From Candidatus Pacearchaeota archaeon (GTDB taxonomy: Archaea; Nanobdellota; Nanobdellia; Pacearchaeales; GW2011-AR1): a stretch of DNA of 64,000 nucleotides. Positions 30,164 to 39,701 of the stretch are shown one piece after another; position 1 is the first letter of the stretch, and each line of letters opens with the position of its first letter. The translations under genes and the position numbers were made by a program. Under the pieces are notes generated by a model. That model made no database searches. It was given only the letters and a program-made list of their open reading frames with translations, and had not been told where the DNA came from. The DNA lies in NCBI GenBank assembly GCA_038874355.1, contig JAVZCO010000001.1:322074-386073 (forward strand), in the 5' to 3' direction.

Positions 30164-30898
30164 TTACCATACTTTTATTTGCATAAAAATATATTCAAAA
30201 GTCCCATTAGGATAAAATATTTGTTCTGGAATAGTTCTTGAATATACTACTGCCTTTTCTGGTGTATTGCCTAAACTTATTATTTTATTAGTTCTCTCTA
30301 AATTATAAAAGTCAATAGCAAAATTTTTTGTTTGTGGTAATCCAATTCTATCTTTTAGTTTTGAATAATTAGTTTCGTATTCTTTTTTGAAAGTTTCATT
30401 TAAATATTTAAATGAAATAGAATAATAACTTCTTAACATACCTAAAGTATAATTTTTTTTATCAATTTTTCTATTACAATTGTTCCCATCTAGATTATTT
30501 TCTAAAAAATCTTCCGAAAAATAAATATAATAAAAATCTATCTGAGAAGAAAAATTAGAATATATAACATAATTATTTTCTTTTATTGTATGCATGGAAT
30601 CGTAAATTGTGTTATTTAAATCTTTTTTTGTTAAATTCTTATTTCTTAAATTATCATCATCTTTAATCTCAAAATTATAACATCCTTCATAACTTTCATT
30701 TAATTTAATAGAATATATAATTATCTCTTTTTTCAATTCTTTTTCTATACTTTGCTGTAATAAATTTAAATATGTTTGTTCATTTCCCATTTTTTTAAAT
30801 GGATTAAAAAATATTAAAAGAAAAATTAAAAATCCTATGAAAATTACAAATGATAATAATATTTCAAGATGGCTTTGTGATTTTTTATTTTTTATCAT
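30164..30898 (-). CDS. pilus-associated / pilin-like protein
   Basis: N-terminal basic stretch followed by a hydrophobic helix (KKSQSHLEILLSFVIFIGFLIF), then an N- and Y-rich extracellular domain. Confidence 0.35.
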   Translation of the reverse strand: MIKNKKSQSHLEILLSFVIFIGFLIFLLIFFNPFKKMGNEQTYLNLLQQSIEKELKKEIIIYSIKLNESYEGCYNFEIKDDDNLRNKNLTKKDLNNTIYDSMHTIKENNYVIYSNFSSQIDFYYIYFSEDFLENNLDGNNCNRKIDKKNYTLGMLRSYYSISFKYLNETFKKEYETNYSKLKDRIGLPQTKNFAIDFYNLERTNKIISLGNTPEKAVVYSRTIPEQIFYPNGTFEYIFMQIKVW

Positions 30899-30909
30899 TT
30901 TAATTAAAT

Positions 30910-31791
30910 TTAGCCTATGAATGAATTTGCTCCTAAATAAATTAATAATGATGTTGTGATAAGGATAAAAGAGTGTTTTAATCCTGCTTTTATACTTCCT
31001 TCTGATAATTTTCCTATAATTATTCCAGCAAAAAAGCTTTGTACTAACAGTAATACAAACATCATTGTTGATACAGAAATCTCTTTTTCTTCGTTCGGAT
31101 TATTTTCTTGATTGGTCACATTATAAGAAGAAATATCTATATTTGTTGAAAAAATACTCGATTCTCCAAGATTAGATAATTCGCTTGTTAATGGAATTAT
31201 TTTGAATTGCATTATTAGCATAATGATTAAAAAAACAAAGAATATTATATAACCTTCTATTGTTAAACCATAAATTATTGCTTTTCTTTCTTCTTTTAAT
31301 TTTTCTATATCCCTGACAGATTTAGAAACATTTTCTAAAATATCTTCTATTGATCCACCAGCTTTTTCAGCTTCTTTTATTAACATTATAGATCTCGTTA
31401 CAATATTGCTTTTAACATCTTTAGCAAAAGTATCAAATGCTTTTGAAACAGGAATTCCTATAGATATTTGATTTGCAAGTTTTTGTATATAAAATGTTAA
31501 AGGACCATAATCCTTATTTCTTAAATTAATTATTGCTTTACTTATAGGAGTTCCTGATTTTACACTTTCTACTAAATCTCTAGAAAATTCTAAAAACATC
31601 CTTCCTTTTTCTTGTTCTTTGCTAGTTTCTAATACTAAATCAACAAAAAAAGGTAAAGTAGCAATTACGAATCCTACACTTAATAGAAAATAATACAAAT
31701 TTTTATCTTGTTTAAATAAAAAAATAAAACCAAATACTATAATCAAAAAAAAAACTATCATTCCTATAATGTGTGGTTTTTTTATTTTCAT
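30910..31791 (-). CDS. type IV pilus/archaellum platform protein, TadC/FlaJ-like (second T2SSF domain)
   Basis: GspF/T2SSF-like domain (TFYIQKLANQISIGIPVSKAF...IKEAEKAGGSIEDIL) flanked by TM helices. Confidence 0.65.
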   Translation of the reverse strand: MKIKKPHIIGMIVFFLIIVFGFIFLFKQDKNLYYFLLSVGFVIATLPFFVDLVLETSKEQEKGRMFLEFSRDLVESVKSGTPISKAIINLRNKDYGPLTFYIQKLANQISIGIPVSKAFDTFAKDVKSNIVTRSIMLIKEAEKAGGSIEDILENVSKSVRDIEKLKEERKAIIYGLTIEGYIIFFVFLIIMLIMQFKIIPLTSELSNLGESSIFSTNIDISSYNVTNQENNPNEEKEISVSTMMFVLLLVQSFFAGIIIGKLSEGSIKAGLKHSFILITTSLLIYLGANSFIG

Positions 31792-31792
31792 T

Positions 31793-33091
31793 TTAATAAC
31801 TTGTTTGTTTTAAATTTAAAAATAATATGAAAATTATGTTAATTATAGAGATACACCCTATAATAATAGATAATAACAGAACAGAGGAAAATCCTATATT
31901 TATTATTTTTGTTGACATTAAAGCTATTAACAATCCAAATATCATAGGAGCAGCAATAACAAGACTTATATAAATATCCATAAAAGTTTCTGCTTCTTTT
32001 GTATATTTCTCTTTTTCTATTTTATATTCAAAAAATAAAGTTTCTGCCCTCTTTTCCAAAAATTCTGTTATGTTTCCGCCGGTAGTTATTATTGCCCCTA
32101 TCCCTAAAAATAATTCCGATAATTCTTTAGATGGTGTTATCTTTGCAACGTTTTTTAATGCTGTAACTAAATCATAACCATATAAATTTATTTGATTCAT
32201 AACTTTAATAAACTCTTTCTTTATATTAGGGTATTCTTTACCAAAAGCAATTATCTTAAATATATAAGAAGGTTCTACTTTTGAGCTTGATATAGCGGCC
32301 ATATTTAAAACAACAAAAGGAAGTTCTTCTTTTATTTTTGTTTCTATACTTTTACTTTCTGTAGCAGGATAAAAATAAAAAATGAAAAAAGTAAAAAAGG
32401 GTAATAAAAAAATTATCCAAATATATTTGATTAAATCTAATTTTAAGAAAAAATAACCAAAAATCAAAAAAAAAATACTAAGTATAAAAGATAAAAAAGA
32501 AGAGAAAAAAGCCATAGACAGATAAGAATTTGTCAAAAATGGAATTGATGCTTTTTTTAAATTTTTTTCTAAATCAATAAAATATCCTTTTTTTAAAAGA
32601 GAATTAGAAAGATTAAGGAACATTTTATTAGAAATTCTTTTATAAAAATTAGATTTTGCTATATTCATAGAATAATCTTCTTGATTTTTAATTTTTTTTT
32701 CTTTTAATCTTTCTATTGCTTCTTCACTAATCCTTAATTCTTCCAAAAATTTTTCCTTATCTTTTTTATTAATTATTATGTTAATTTGTTTTCCTTTACT
32801 ATTATAACTTATATTTGAAAGCTCTTGCGAGCTTTCTTTTTTTAAATTTTTTTTATCTTTTACCTCATTTTTAAAAGGTGGAAATTCTCTGAAAGGAGAT
32901 ATATTCTCTATTATTTTTGGTATAGACTCGTTAAGTATTTTTAATTGATTTAATAAAGAATTTATTTTTTTTTCTATAATTATTTTTTCTTCTTTGCTAT
33001 TCGATAAAAAAAATTTTTCGTTTAAAGATATTACCTCGCTAATTATTTCTTTTTCTCTTTCAATATTTGATAATAATCCCTCTAGTGTCAT
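31793..33091 (-). CDS. type IV pilus/archaellum platform protein, TadB/FlaJ-like (first T2SSF domain)
   Basis: T2SSF-like domain (LYGYDLVTALKNVAKIT...GGNITEFLEKRAETL) with TM helices. One nt separates its stop from the downstream platform gene. Confidence 0.6.
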   Translation of the reverse strand: MTLEGLLSNIEREKEIISEVISLNEKFFLSNSKEEKIIIEKKINSLLNQLKILNESIPKIIENISPFREFPPFKNEVKDKKNLKKESSQELSNISYNSKGKQINIIINKKDKEKFLEELRISEEAIERLKEKKIKNQEDYSMNIAKSNFYKRISNKMFLNLSNSLLKKGYFIDLEKNLKKASIPFLTNSYLSMAFFSSFLSFILSIFFLIFGYFFLKLDLIKYIWIIFLLPFFTFFIFYFYPATESKSIETKIKEELPFVVLNMAAISSSKVEPSYIFKIIAFGKEYPNIKKEFIKVMNQINLYGYDLVTALKNVAKITPSKELSELFLGIGAIITTGGNITEFLEKRAETLFFEYKIEKEKYTKEAETFMDIYISLVIAAPMIFGLLIALMSTKIINIGFSSVLLLSIIIGCISIINIIFILFLNLKQTSY

Positions 33092-33258
33092 GTTAAAAGT
33101 TTAGATATTTGTGAATTTATTTTAATGATCTCTTTTTTAGTTTTTTCATAATTTTCAATATCTTTCTTTGTATAATATTCTTCTAATTTTCTACTTATTT
33201 GTTCTAATGAGTTAATTAAAATATACAACAAAGAGATTCTTTCTTTACTTAACATTTT
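33088..33258 (-). CDS. small coiled-coil ORF (56 aa) translationally coupled to the platform gene
   Basis: My own translation: MLSKERISLLYILINSLEQISRKLEEYYTKKDIENYEKTKKEIIKINSQISKLLT. Its TGA stop overlaps the ATG of the 31793..33091 gene. Confidence 0.2.
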   Translation of the reverse strand, partial: KMLSKERISLLYILINSLEQISRKLEEYYTKKDIENYEKTKKEIIKINSQISKLLT

Positions 33259-33311
33259 TCACTCTTTTTTAAAATAAAAGGATGTTAATTTTATAAATCT
33301 TTTGAATATAT

Positions 33312-34832
33312 TTAAGAAAGGAGATTATATTTTAACATTACTGCTTGTGGGTTTTTATAATATTCATTTATTTCTTTCTGTACTGTTTCAAAATCATATA
33401 TTTTTCTTTTAAATAATTCATATAACAGTCTTGTTCTTATCTCAAACTCTTTTAATATTTGTTGTTTAGTAAAACCATGCCTTTGACATATTTTATCAAA
33501 AACTTTTGATTCTTTTTTAAAATAAAATTTGTCATCTGCAGGATTCCATACAAAGGGGGTATTTGTAGTGGCTATTCCGTCAGGATCTACATTTATTATT
33601 TCAGAGATACTTCTTAATCTTCTTGTTTCTTGATTTTTTACAATAACATGACTCATTATTGTAACAACATCTAAAGTATTTACAAGTGTTGGAGATAGTT
33701 CTATTGGTGGTGTTTCTAATCTTTTTATTACCGTATCAACAGAATCTGCATGTATTGTTGATAAAGACGCGTGCCCAGAAGCCATACCTTGAAATAAAAC
33801 AAAAGCTTCTTTACCTCTTACTTCTCCCACTATTACATAATCTGGATTTTGTCTAAAAGAATTTTTTAATAAAGAAAAAAGATCAACTTCCCCAATATTC
33901 CCAGTTCCAATCGCAGTTCTAGCTACAGCAGGAACCCAGTTCTCTTTTGATAAATTTATTTCTCTAGTATCTTCTATAGAAACTATTCTTGCTTCTGGTG
34001 GTATAAAAAAAGAAATTGCATTAAGTAAAGTAGTCTTTCCAGAACCAGTTCCACCAGCAATTAATATGTTGCATTTATATTGTATTAAAATCCAAAAATA
34101 AGCAAGCATTTCTGGAGAAAGAGTATTCATAGACAAAAGGTGAATAGGAGTCCAAGGAGTTTTTGTAAATTTTCTTATTGTAAATGTAGGACCTCTACTT
34201 GTTACATCAGTAGTATATGTAGCATTAACTCTACTTCCGTCAGGTAAGGATCCATCTAATAATGGAGAAGCATAAGAAATATATCTACCACATCTTTGTG
34301 CAAGTTTTTCTACAAAACTTGCCAAATTTTCAATATCTCTAAAAATAATGTTTGTTCTTAAATTTCTATATAATCTATGGACAATATAAATAGGTGTATT
34401 AACTCCATTGCATTCTATATCTTCAATAAAATAATCATTTAATAAAGGTTCTATTTCATTAAATCCAATAAAATTTCTGTAAAGATAATAAAAAATTTTA
34501 TTGTAACTTTCTTCTGAAACTTTTAAAACAAGTTCAGAAATTAATAATTTAGCTGTTTTATCAATATATTCTATAAGTGATTCTATTGTTCTTTCTTTTA
34601 GTAAGTTTATATTTATAATCTCTTTCATTCCTTCTTCTAATTTAGAAAGAATTTGTTTTTCATAATCATTTAATATAGGTTCTTCTACTTCGTATAATAC
34701 TTCTTGTTCAGAATGATTCCAATAAATATGAACAAAAACGTATGGAGGTATTAATGCATATCTTAAATCTATTTTTGACCTATCGCTAAATCTTGGAAGC
34801 TGCGGAATAGTTGGTTTTAAGTTTATTTCCAT
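33312..34832 (-). CDS. FlaI/PilB-like type IV pilus/archaellum assembly ATPase (GspE/VirB11 superfamily)
   Basis: Walker A ILIAGGTGSGKTTLLNA, Asp box SIEDTREI, Walker B YVIVGEVRG, His box region. Confidence 0.85.
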   Translation of the reverse strand: MEINLKPTIPQLPRFSDRSKIDLRYALIPPYVFVHIYWNHSEQEVLYEVEEPILNDYEKQILSKLEEGMKEIININLLKERTIESLIEYIDKTAKLLISELVLKVSEESYNKIFYYLYRNFIGFNEIEPLLNDYFIEDIECNGVNTPIYIVHRLYRNLRTNIIFRDIENLASFVEKLAQRCGRYISYASPLLDGSLPDGSRVNATYTTDVTSRGPTFTIRKFTKTPWTPIHLLSMNTLSPEMLAYFWILIQYKCNILIAGGTGSGKTTLLNAISFFIPPEARIVSIEDTREINLSKENWVPAVARTAIGTGNIGEVDLFSLLKNSFRQNPDYVIVGEVRGKEAFVLFQGMASGHASLSTIHADSVDTVIKRLETPPIELSPTLVNTLDVVTIMSHVIVKNQETRRLRSISEIINVDPDGIATTNTPFVWNPADDKFYFKKESKVFDKICQRHGFTKQQILKEFEIRTRLLYELFKRKIYDFETVQKEINEYYKNPQAVMLKYNLLS

Positions 34833-34833
34833 T

Positions 34834-35370
34834 TTAAGATAAAATAAAATCTATTTGATATTTACTTGTTGTCTCTTCATACTTTACGTTTCTTATATAA
34901 ATTTTATATGGAATCGGTGTTTGTGTTAGTTCTTTATTTTCTTCTTTTCCGTTATATGTTATATTTACATTTTTTTCTTTATATTTCAAATACAATTTTA
35001 TTTTATAATCATTTGCCTTTTGTTCTGTTAAAATGTTTATGCTACCTCTTTTAACCTCTTTTCCAGGCTGGGAATAAGAATATTTACTATCAATTTCAAA
35101 TTCTATTGTATCATTTTCTGAGTTTATTCTCATTTTTCCTTTTTTTATCATTATCTCACTTATTTCTCTAGTATTTCCCGGGCCATACACAAGTAATTCT
35201 TGAATTTTTGATTCTATTATATTTAAACTTTCTATACTGTTTTCTATAATAAATTTATCTTGTCTTTCTTGTATAGTTGGTTTTACAACAGCAAGAACAA
35301 TTCCAATTATAGAAAGCATTATCACAGTATAAATTACAGTTTCTATCCATACCTGTCCTTTTATTTTCAT
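34834..35370 (-). CDS. pilin-like protein with class-III signal peptide
   Basis: MKIKGQVWIETVIYTVIMLSIIGIVLAV: basic residues, Gly, then a hydrophobic helix. Confidence 0.5.
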   Translation of the reverse strand: MKIKGQVWIETVIYTVIMLSIIGIVLAVVKPTIQERQDKFIIENSIESLNIIESKIQELLVYGPGNTREISEIMIKKGKMRINSENDTIEFEIDSKYSYSQPGKEVKRGSINILTEQKANDYKIKLYLKYKEKNVNITYNGKEENKELTQTPIPYKIYIRNVKYEETTSKYQIDFILS

Positions 35371-35377
35371 TTTACAT

Positions 35378-35866
35378 TTAAGTGCACTTTTTAATGTTAT
35401 ATGATTGTGATGTTATATCACAAGTTTTTCCATTAATCATAACAGTTATAGTAGAATAACTAACATTTCCTAAAGAAAATATATAAGTTAATGCTTCCCC
35501 TCTTTCTGGTAAAACTATTGTTGAAGATCCATCATACATTTTAACACCATTTAAATTAGTTCCATTTTTTAATTCATATCCTTTAGAACTTGCACCTGAA
35601 GATAAAGATATGTATATTCCATCTATTTCTTTTTGGTCAGATCCTCTTTCAATTTGTATTAATGTAGATGTACTATTAGAACAAGTATATTCTGAATCTA
35701 AAATATTTATATAATCCATATACTCATAACAAGAAGATTTTCCTATATCTTTATTAATAATTTCTTTTACAAACTTTCCTAAGGTTAATGTTGCTATTAT
35801 AGTTATTACTACTAATAACAAAGTAGCAATTACAGGAGATATTGCTCTTTTATTTTTTTTTATCAT
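35378..35866 (-). CDS. archaeal type IV pilin (class-III signal peptide)
   Basis: MIKKNKRAISPVIATLLLVVITIIA: the KR-A-ISPVIATLLLV pilin/archaellin N-terminal motif. Confidence 0.7.
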   Translation of the reverse strand: MIKKNKRAISPVIATLLLVVITIIATLTLGKFVKEIINKDIGKSSCYEYMDYINILDSEYTCSNSTSTLIQIERGSDQKEIDGIYISLSSGASSKGYELKNGTNLNGVKMYDGSSTIVLPERGEALTYIFSLGNVSYSTITVMINGKTCDITSQSYNIKKCT

Positions 35867-35903
35867 TTTCCCTCTTTTTTATATTAAATTATTATTTTTA
35901 ATT
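35804..35903. repeat. about 100-nt direct repeat, copy A (pilin 5' coding plus upstream region)
   Basis: About 97% identical to 36296..36395 at a constant offset of 492 nt. Confidence 0.7.
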
Positions 35904-35908
35904 AATTT

Positions 35909-36358
35909 TTATATGGTTTCTGCTAAAAAAGTATTCTCTTTACATGTATATTGTGTCTTTTTTCCTTTTTCATTTTCACCTAAAATAACAGGAATTACTT
36001 CTATTGAATCTTTATTTTTTAATGAATCATCTTTTATACTTTCTCCAGCACCTATTAGAATGCTTTTATTTATTTCATAATTCTTTATTTTTCCTTTTTC
36101 TTTTAATCTTAATTGTAAAGAATAAATTGGATAATTTCCTATATTAGAAAAACTAATTTCTCCACTATCTTTATTATAATAAACTTCTAATCTTATTTCT
36201 CCACATACTTGTTGTGCTGGTTTTTCTTTTTTTTGTATAGATTCTTTTATAAAACTTTTTGCCCATATAAAAACTATTAATACAAGAATTATTACTATTA
36301 CTACTAATAACAAAGTAGCAATTACAGGAGATATTGCTCTTTTATCTTTTTTTATCAT
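35909..36358 (-). CDS. archaeal type IV pilin (class-III signal peptide), paralog of 35378..35866
   Basis: MIKKDKRAISPVIATLLLVVIVIIL. The N-terminus is identical to its neighbour and the C-terminal domain is divergent. Confidence 0.7.
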   Translation of the reverse strand: MIKKDKRAISPVIATLLLVVIVIILVLIVFIWAKSFIKESIQKKEKPAQQVCGEIRLEVYYNKDSGEISFSNIGNYPIYSLQLRLKEKGKIKNYEINKSILIGAGESIKDDSLKNKDSIEVIPVILGENEKGKKTQYTCKENTFLAETI

Positions 36359-36395
36359 TTTCCCTCTTTTTTATATTAAATTATTATTTTTAATT
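36296..36395. repeat. about 100-nt direct repeat, copy B
   Basis: See copy A. Covers the first 21 codons and 37 nt upstream of the pilin gene. Confidence 0.7.
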
Positions 36396-36413
36396 TAAAT
36401 ACTTTTCTAAATC

Positions 36414-36920
36414 TCATATACAATTTTTTATTTCTTGTTCTATTTTTTGATTCGAACATAGTAATTTATCATTCTTTATAGTATGAGTTGGAATTACATT
36501 GATTTTTGTTATTAAATTCAAATTAGAATAATCAAAAATAGCCAAAACTTCTTCATTATCAGACGCATTTAAATTATTTTGAAAATAATATTCAAAACTA
36601 CTAATATTTCTTATTTTTCCTTGAGGAAAACTATTTTTTAAATTTATAGACATAATTGGTAATTGTGTAGAATTTGATGCTTTTATTATTGCCCCACTTA
36701 TGTCATATAGCCCCATATTTTTTAAGGTTAAATTTAATATTTTATTAGAAGAATCACAAGAATAATCCTTTATTATTAATGATAATGTTTCTGGACATTC
36801 TTCTGTTTTTGTAGGAATTTGTCTTTTCATCCATGTATAAACCAAGACACTCAAAGATAAAACTATTGTTATAATTAAAACATAAGCTACTATTTCACTT
36901 ATTGCTTTTTTATTTTTCAT
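36414..36920 (-). CDS. pilin-like protein (class-III signal peptide)
   Basis: MKNKKAISEIVAYVLIITIVLSL. Confidence 0.55.
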   Translation of the reverse strand: MKNKKAISEIVAYVLIITIVLSLSVLVYTWMKRQIPTKTEECPETLSLIIKDYSCDSSNKILNLTLKNMGLYDISGAIIKASNSTQLPIMSINLKNSFPQGKIRNISSFEYYFQNNLNASDNEEVLAIFDYSNLNLITKINVIPTHTIKNDKLLCSNQKIEQEIKNCI

Positions 36921-36932
36921 TTTACTATTTTT

Positions 36933-37490
36933 TTATTTTGAAGATACTGTTTGATTTCCTGTTGTGATTACAAAATAAAAGTTTTGTCCTTCTTTTATGT
37001 TAAAAGATTTATAAAAATTTATTTCTGGAACATTTATTAAAATTTTACCTTCTTCATCTAAGGTTTGGGTTATATCATAAATTATTATACTTCTTATTTG
37101 TGTGTTTTGGGTAATACGATCCCCTTCTCTTCCTATTTCCATACTTATTTCTCCACCAGTAGTAGAATTTATTATAATCGCCTTTAAATTATTTTTATCT
37201 CCATATATAAAAAGCCATGTTGGGTAAATTCCTTCTGTTGTTGTTACGTATTTTTGCGAATATTCTGTATAATTCGTGATCCAAATTTCTATTAAAGAAT
37301 TCAAATCTTTTTTATTAACTATCCCATAGTCAATAACCTTTGCGGTTTCTAATTCTATTACATCTTTTATACTATAAATTGGATATTTTTCCTCTTTTGT
37401 CCTTATATAATTAAAACTTAAAGTTATTATTAAAATTACTCCTATTATTATTATTGCAGCCATCAAGTAAAATTGATTTTTTTTATTCAT
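36933..37490 (-). CDS. pilin-like / pilus-associated protein
   Basis: MNKKNQFYLMAAIIIIGVILIITL N-terminal anchor. First gene of the operon. Confidence 0.4.
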   Translation of the reverse strand: MNKKNQFYLMAAIIIIGVILIITLSFNYIRTKEEKYPIYSIKDVIELETAKVIDYGIVNKKDLNSLIEIWITNYTEYSQKYVTTTEGIYPTWLFIYGDKNNLKAIIINSTTGGEISMEIGREGDRITQNTQIRSIIIYDITQTLDEEGKILINVPEINFYKSFNIKEGQNFYFVITTGNQTVSSK

Positions 37491-37649
37491 TTTTACCTTT
37501 TATTAAATATAAAAATAAATTCTATTTATAAATATTTTCAATAATATTTAATAAACCTCAATTGATAATAAAAAAATTTGAAAGATAAATGAAATACAAA
37601 TTAAATTTTATATCCTAAATATAATAAAAATATTAAAAAGTAAATATCA

Positions 37650-37918
37650 AAGAGTGCAGATCAGGAAGCTAGCTACATAAGAATTAATAAACTTATCTTG
37701 AGTATCCTTGTTCTTGTAACCCTACAAGCATCTTAACTTTTACTTAGTGCTGCTTCATTCCTGACCTCGCACGTTTCGTAAAAGCAAGATCGAGTAGGAC
37801 AAGAACTCATTGTTAACTCAAGGGTTTATTAATTCCTATCTCACCAGCTTCTTTACGGCTCGCCATAAGTCCATTTGCGATTGGCAGAGGACTAACCTGC
37901 CCACCTGATCTGCATTAT
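37650..37918 (-). ncRNA. ffs: signal recognition particle RNA (7S/SRP RNA)
   Basis: GC-rich island in AT-rich DNA. Terminal inverted repeat tgcagatcagg/cctgatctgca, as expected for helix 1. Minus strand contains GGUCAGGAAUGAAGCAGC, which matches the conserved helix-8 GGUCAGG...GAAGCAGC motif. Confidence 0.55.
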
Positions 37919-37998
37919 TTTAAAGAAAAAGAAGTTTATAAAGTTTATTTTTAAAAAATATAACAATAGATTTAAATATTAATTTAGTTTTTATAAAA

Positions 37999-39681
37999 AT
38001 GAAGAAAATGAAAATAATCAAAGATATAGAAAATGAAATTATTTCAAATTTATCTAAATTATTAAAAATAGATAAAAAAGAAATACAAAAAAAATTAGAA
38101 AAACCTTATTTTAAAGAATATGGAGATTATGCTTTTCCATGTTTTATCCTCGCAGCTAAATTAAAAAAACAACCTGTTATTATAGCAGAGGAATTATCTA
38201 AAAAATTAATAAAAAAAATAAAGAATGTAGATATAAAAGCACTTAATGGTTATATAAACTTCTATTTAGATAAAAAAATTATTGCAACCGAAATTTTAAA
38301 TAAAATTTTAAAGGAAAAAGAAAAATATGGTTCAAAAAATATTGGTAAAAAGATTTCTATAGAACATACTTCTTTAAATCCAAATTCTTCTCCACATGTT
38401 GGGAGAGCAAGAAATAGTATAATAGGAGATTCTCTTGCTAGAATATTCAAATTTTTAGGTTATAAAGTAGAAACATATTATTATGTAAATGATGTAAGTA
38501 AGCAGATAGCAATGATAGCATTAAAATTTAAAGGTAAAGAAAATTTTTCTCAATTATTAGATTTATATATAAAAGTAAATAAAGAAATAAAAAATGATCC
38601 TGAATTAGAAAATAAAGTTTTTGATTTATTAGAAAAATTTGAAAAAGGAAACAAAAAAGTAAAAGAAAAATTTAGAAAAATAGTAAAAATAGCATTAGAA
38701 GGACAAAAAAAAATCCTTAAAGAATTTGGAATAATCTTTGATAGATTTGATTACGAATCTTCTTATATTAAAAAAGCAAAAAAAATTTTAGAAGAATTCA
38801 AAAAAACAAAAAGATTATTTATAGATGAAAATGGAAGATTTGTTTTAAATGAAGAAGGTTATAATTTAGAAGGAAAGATTAAATCTCCTGTCTTAGTTTT
38901 AGCAAGAAGTAATGGAACTGCTTTATATGCATTAAGAGATATAGCATATACAATAGATAAAATGAAAAGATGCGATGAAAGTTATATAGTGTTAGGAGAA
39001 GATCAAAAAATTTATTTTCATCAATTAAAAATTGCTTTAGAAATTTTAGGAAAAAAAGCACCTAAAGTTATTCATTATTCTTATGTTTTAATAGAAGAAG
39101 ATGGAAAGATAAAAAAACAGTCAACTAGAAGTGGAGATGTAATTTTACTAGAAGATTTTATGAAAGAAGCTGTTAAAAAAGCACAAGAAGAAATAAATAA
39201 AAGAAAAACAAAAGGAGATGCAAAAAAAATAGGATATGGAGCTGTAAAATATGCCATAATAAAACAAGATCCTAATAAAAATATAATTTTTAAATGGAAA
39301 GATGCTTTAAATTTTGATGGAAATTCTGGCCCTTATTTACAATACAGTTATGCAAGAGCATCTTCAATAATAAAAAAATCAAGAATAAAAATAAAAAAAA
39401 TATCTATAGAAAATTTAAATGATTATGAAATAAATTTAATAAAAAAATTATCCGATTTTCCTTTGATAGTTGAAGAAGCTTATAAACATTTAAATCCATC
39501 AATTCTAGCAAATTATTCTTTCGAATTATGTAAAATATTTAATGAATTTTATCATAATTGTAATGTTCTAAAAGCAGAAAAAAAAGACAAAGGAAAAAGA
39601 ATAGCAATTATTGAAGCATTTAGAATTGTTCTAAAAAATTCTTTATCTTTATTAGGAATAGAAGTTATAGAAAATATGTAA
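37999..39681 (+). CDS. argS: arginyl-tRNA synthetase
   Basis: HIGH-type PHVGRARNSIIGD, class I fold, C-terminal DALR-like anticodon-binding domain, 560 aa. Confidence 0.85.
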   Translation: MKKMKIIKDIENEIISNLSKLLKIDKKEIQKKLEKPYFKEYGDYAFPCFILAAKLKKQPVIIAEELSKKLIKKIKNVDIKALNGYINFYLDKKIIATEILNKILKEKEKYGSKNIGKKISIEHTSLNPNSSPHVGRARNSIIGDSLARIFKFLGYKVETYYYVNDVSKQIAMIALKFKGKENFSQLLDLYIKVNKEIKNDPELENKVFDLLEKFEKGNKKVKEKFRKIVKIALEGQKKILKEFGIIFDRFDYESSYIKKAKKILEEFKKTKRLFIDENGRFVLNEEGYNLEGKIKSPVLVLARSNGTALYALRDIAYTIDKMKRCDESYIVLGEDQKIYFHQLKIALEILGKKAPKVIHYSYVLIEEDGKIKKQSTRSGDVILLEDFMKEAVKKAQEEINKRKTKGDAKKIGYGAVKYAIIKQDPNKNIIFKWKDALNFDGNSGPYLQYSYARASSIIKKSRIKIKKISIENLNDYEINLIKKLSDFPLIVEEAYKHLNPSILANYSFELCKIFNEFYHNCNVLKAEKKDKGKRIAIIEAFRIVLKNSLSLLGIEVIENM

Positions 39682-39701
39682 AAAATTATTTTAATTTATA
39701 A

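Noticed and set aside
37650-37918. GC-rich island first considered to be RNase P RNA or a tRNA-like mobile element fragment
   Set aside because: No P4 AGGAAAGUCC motif on either strand. Instead the minus strand has the SRP helix-8 motif GGUCAGG...GAAGCAGC and terminal pairing typical of SRP RNA. RNase P RNA was found separately at 52250..52599.
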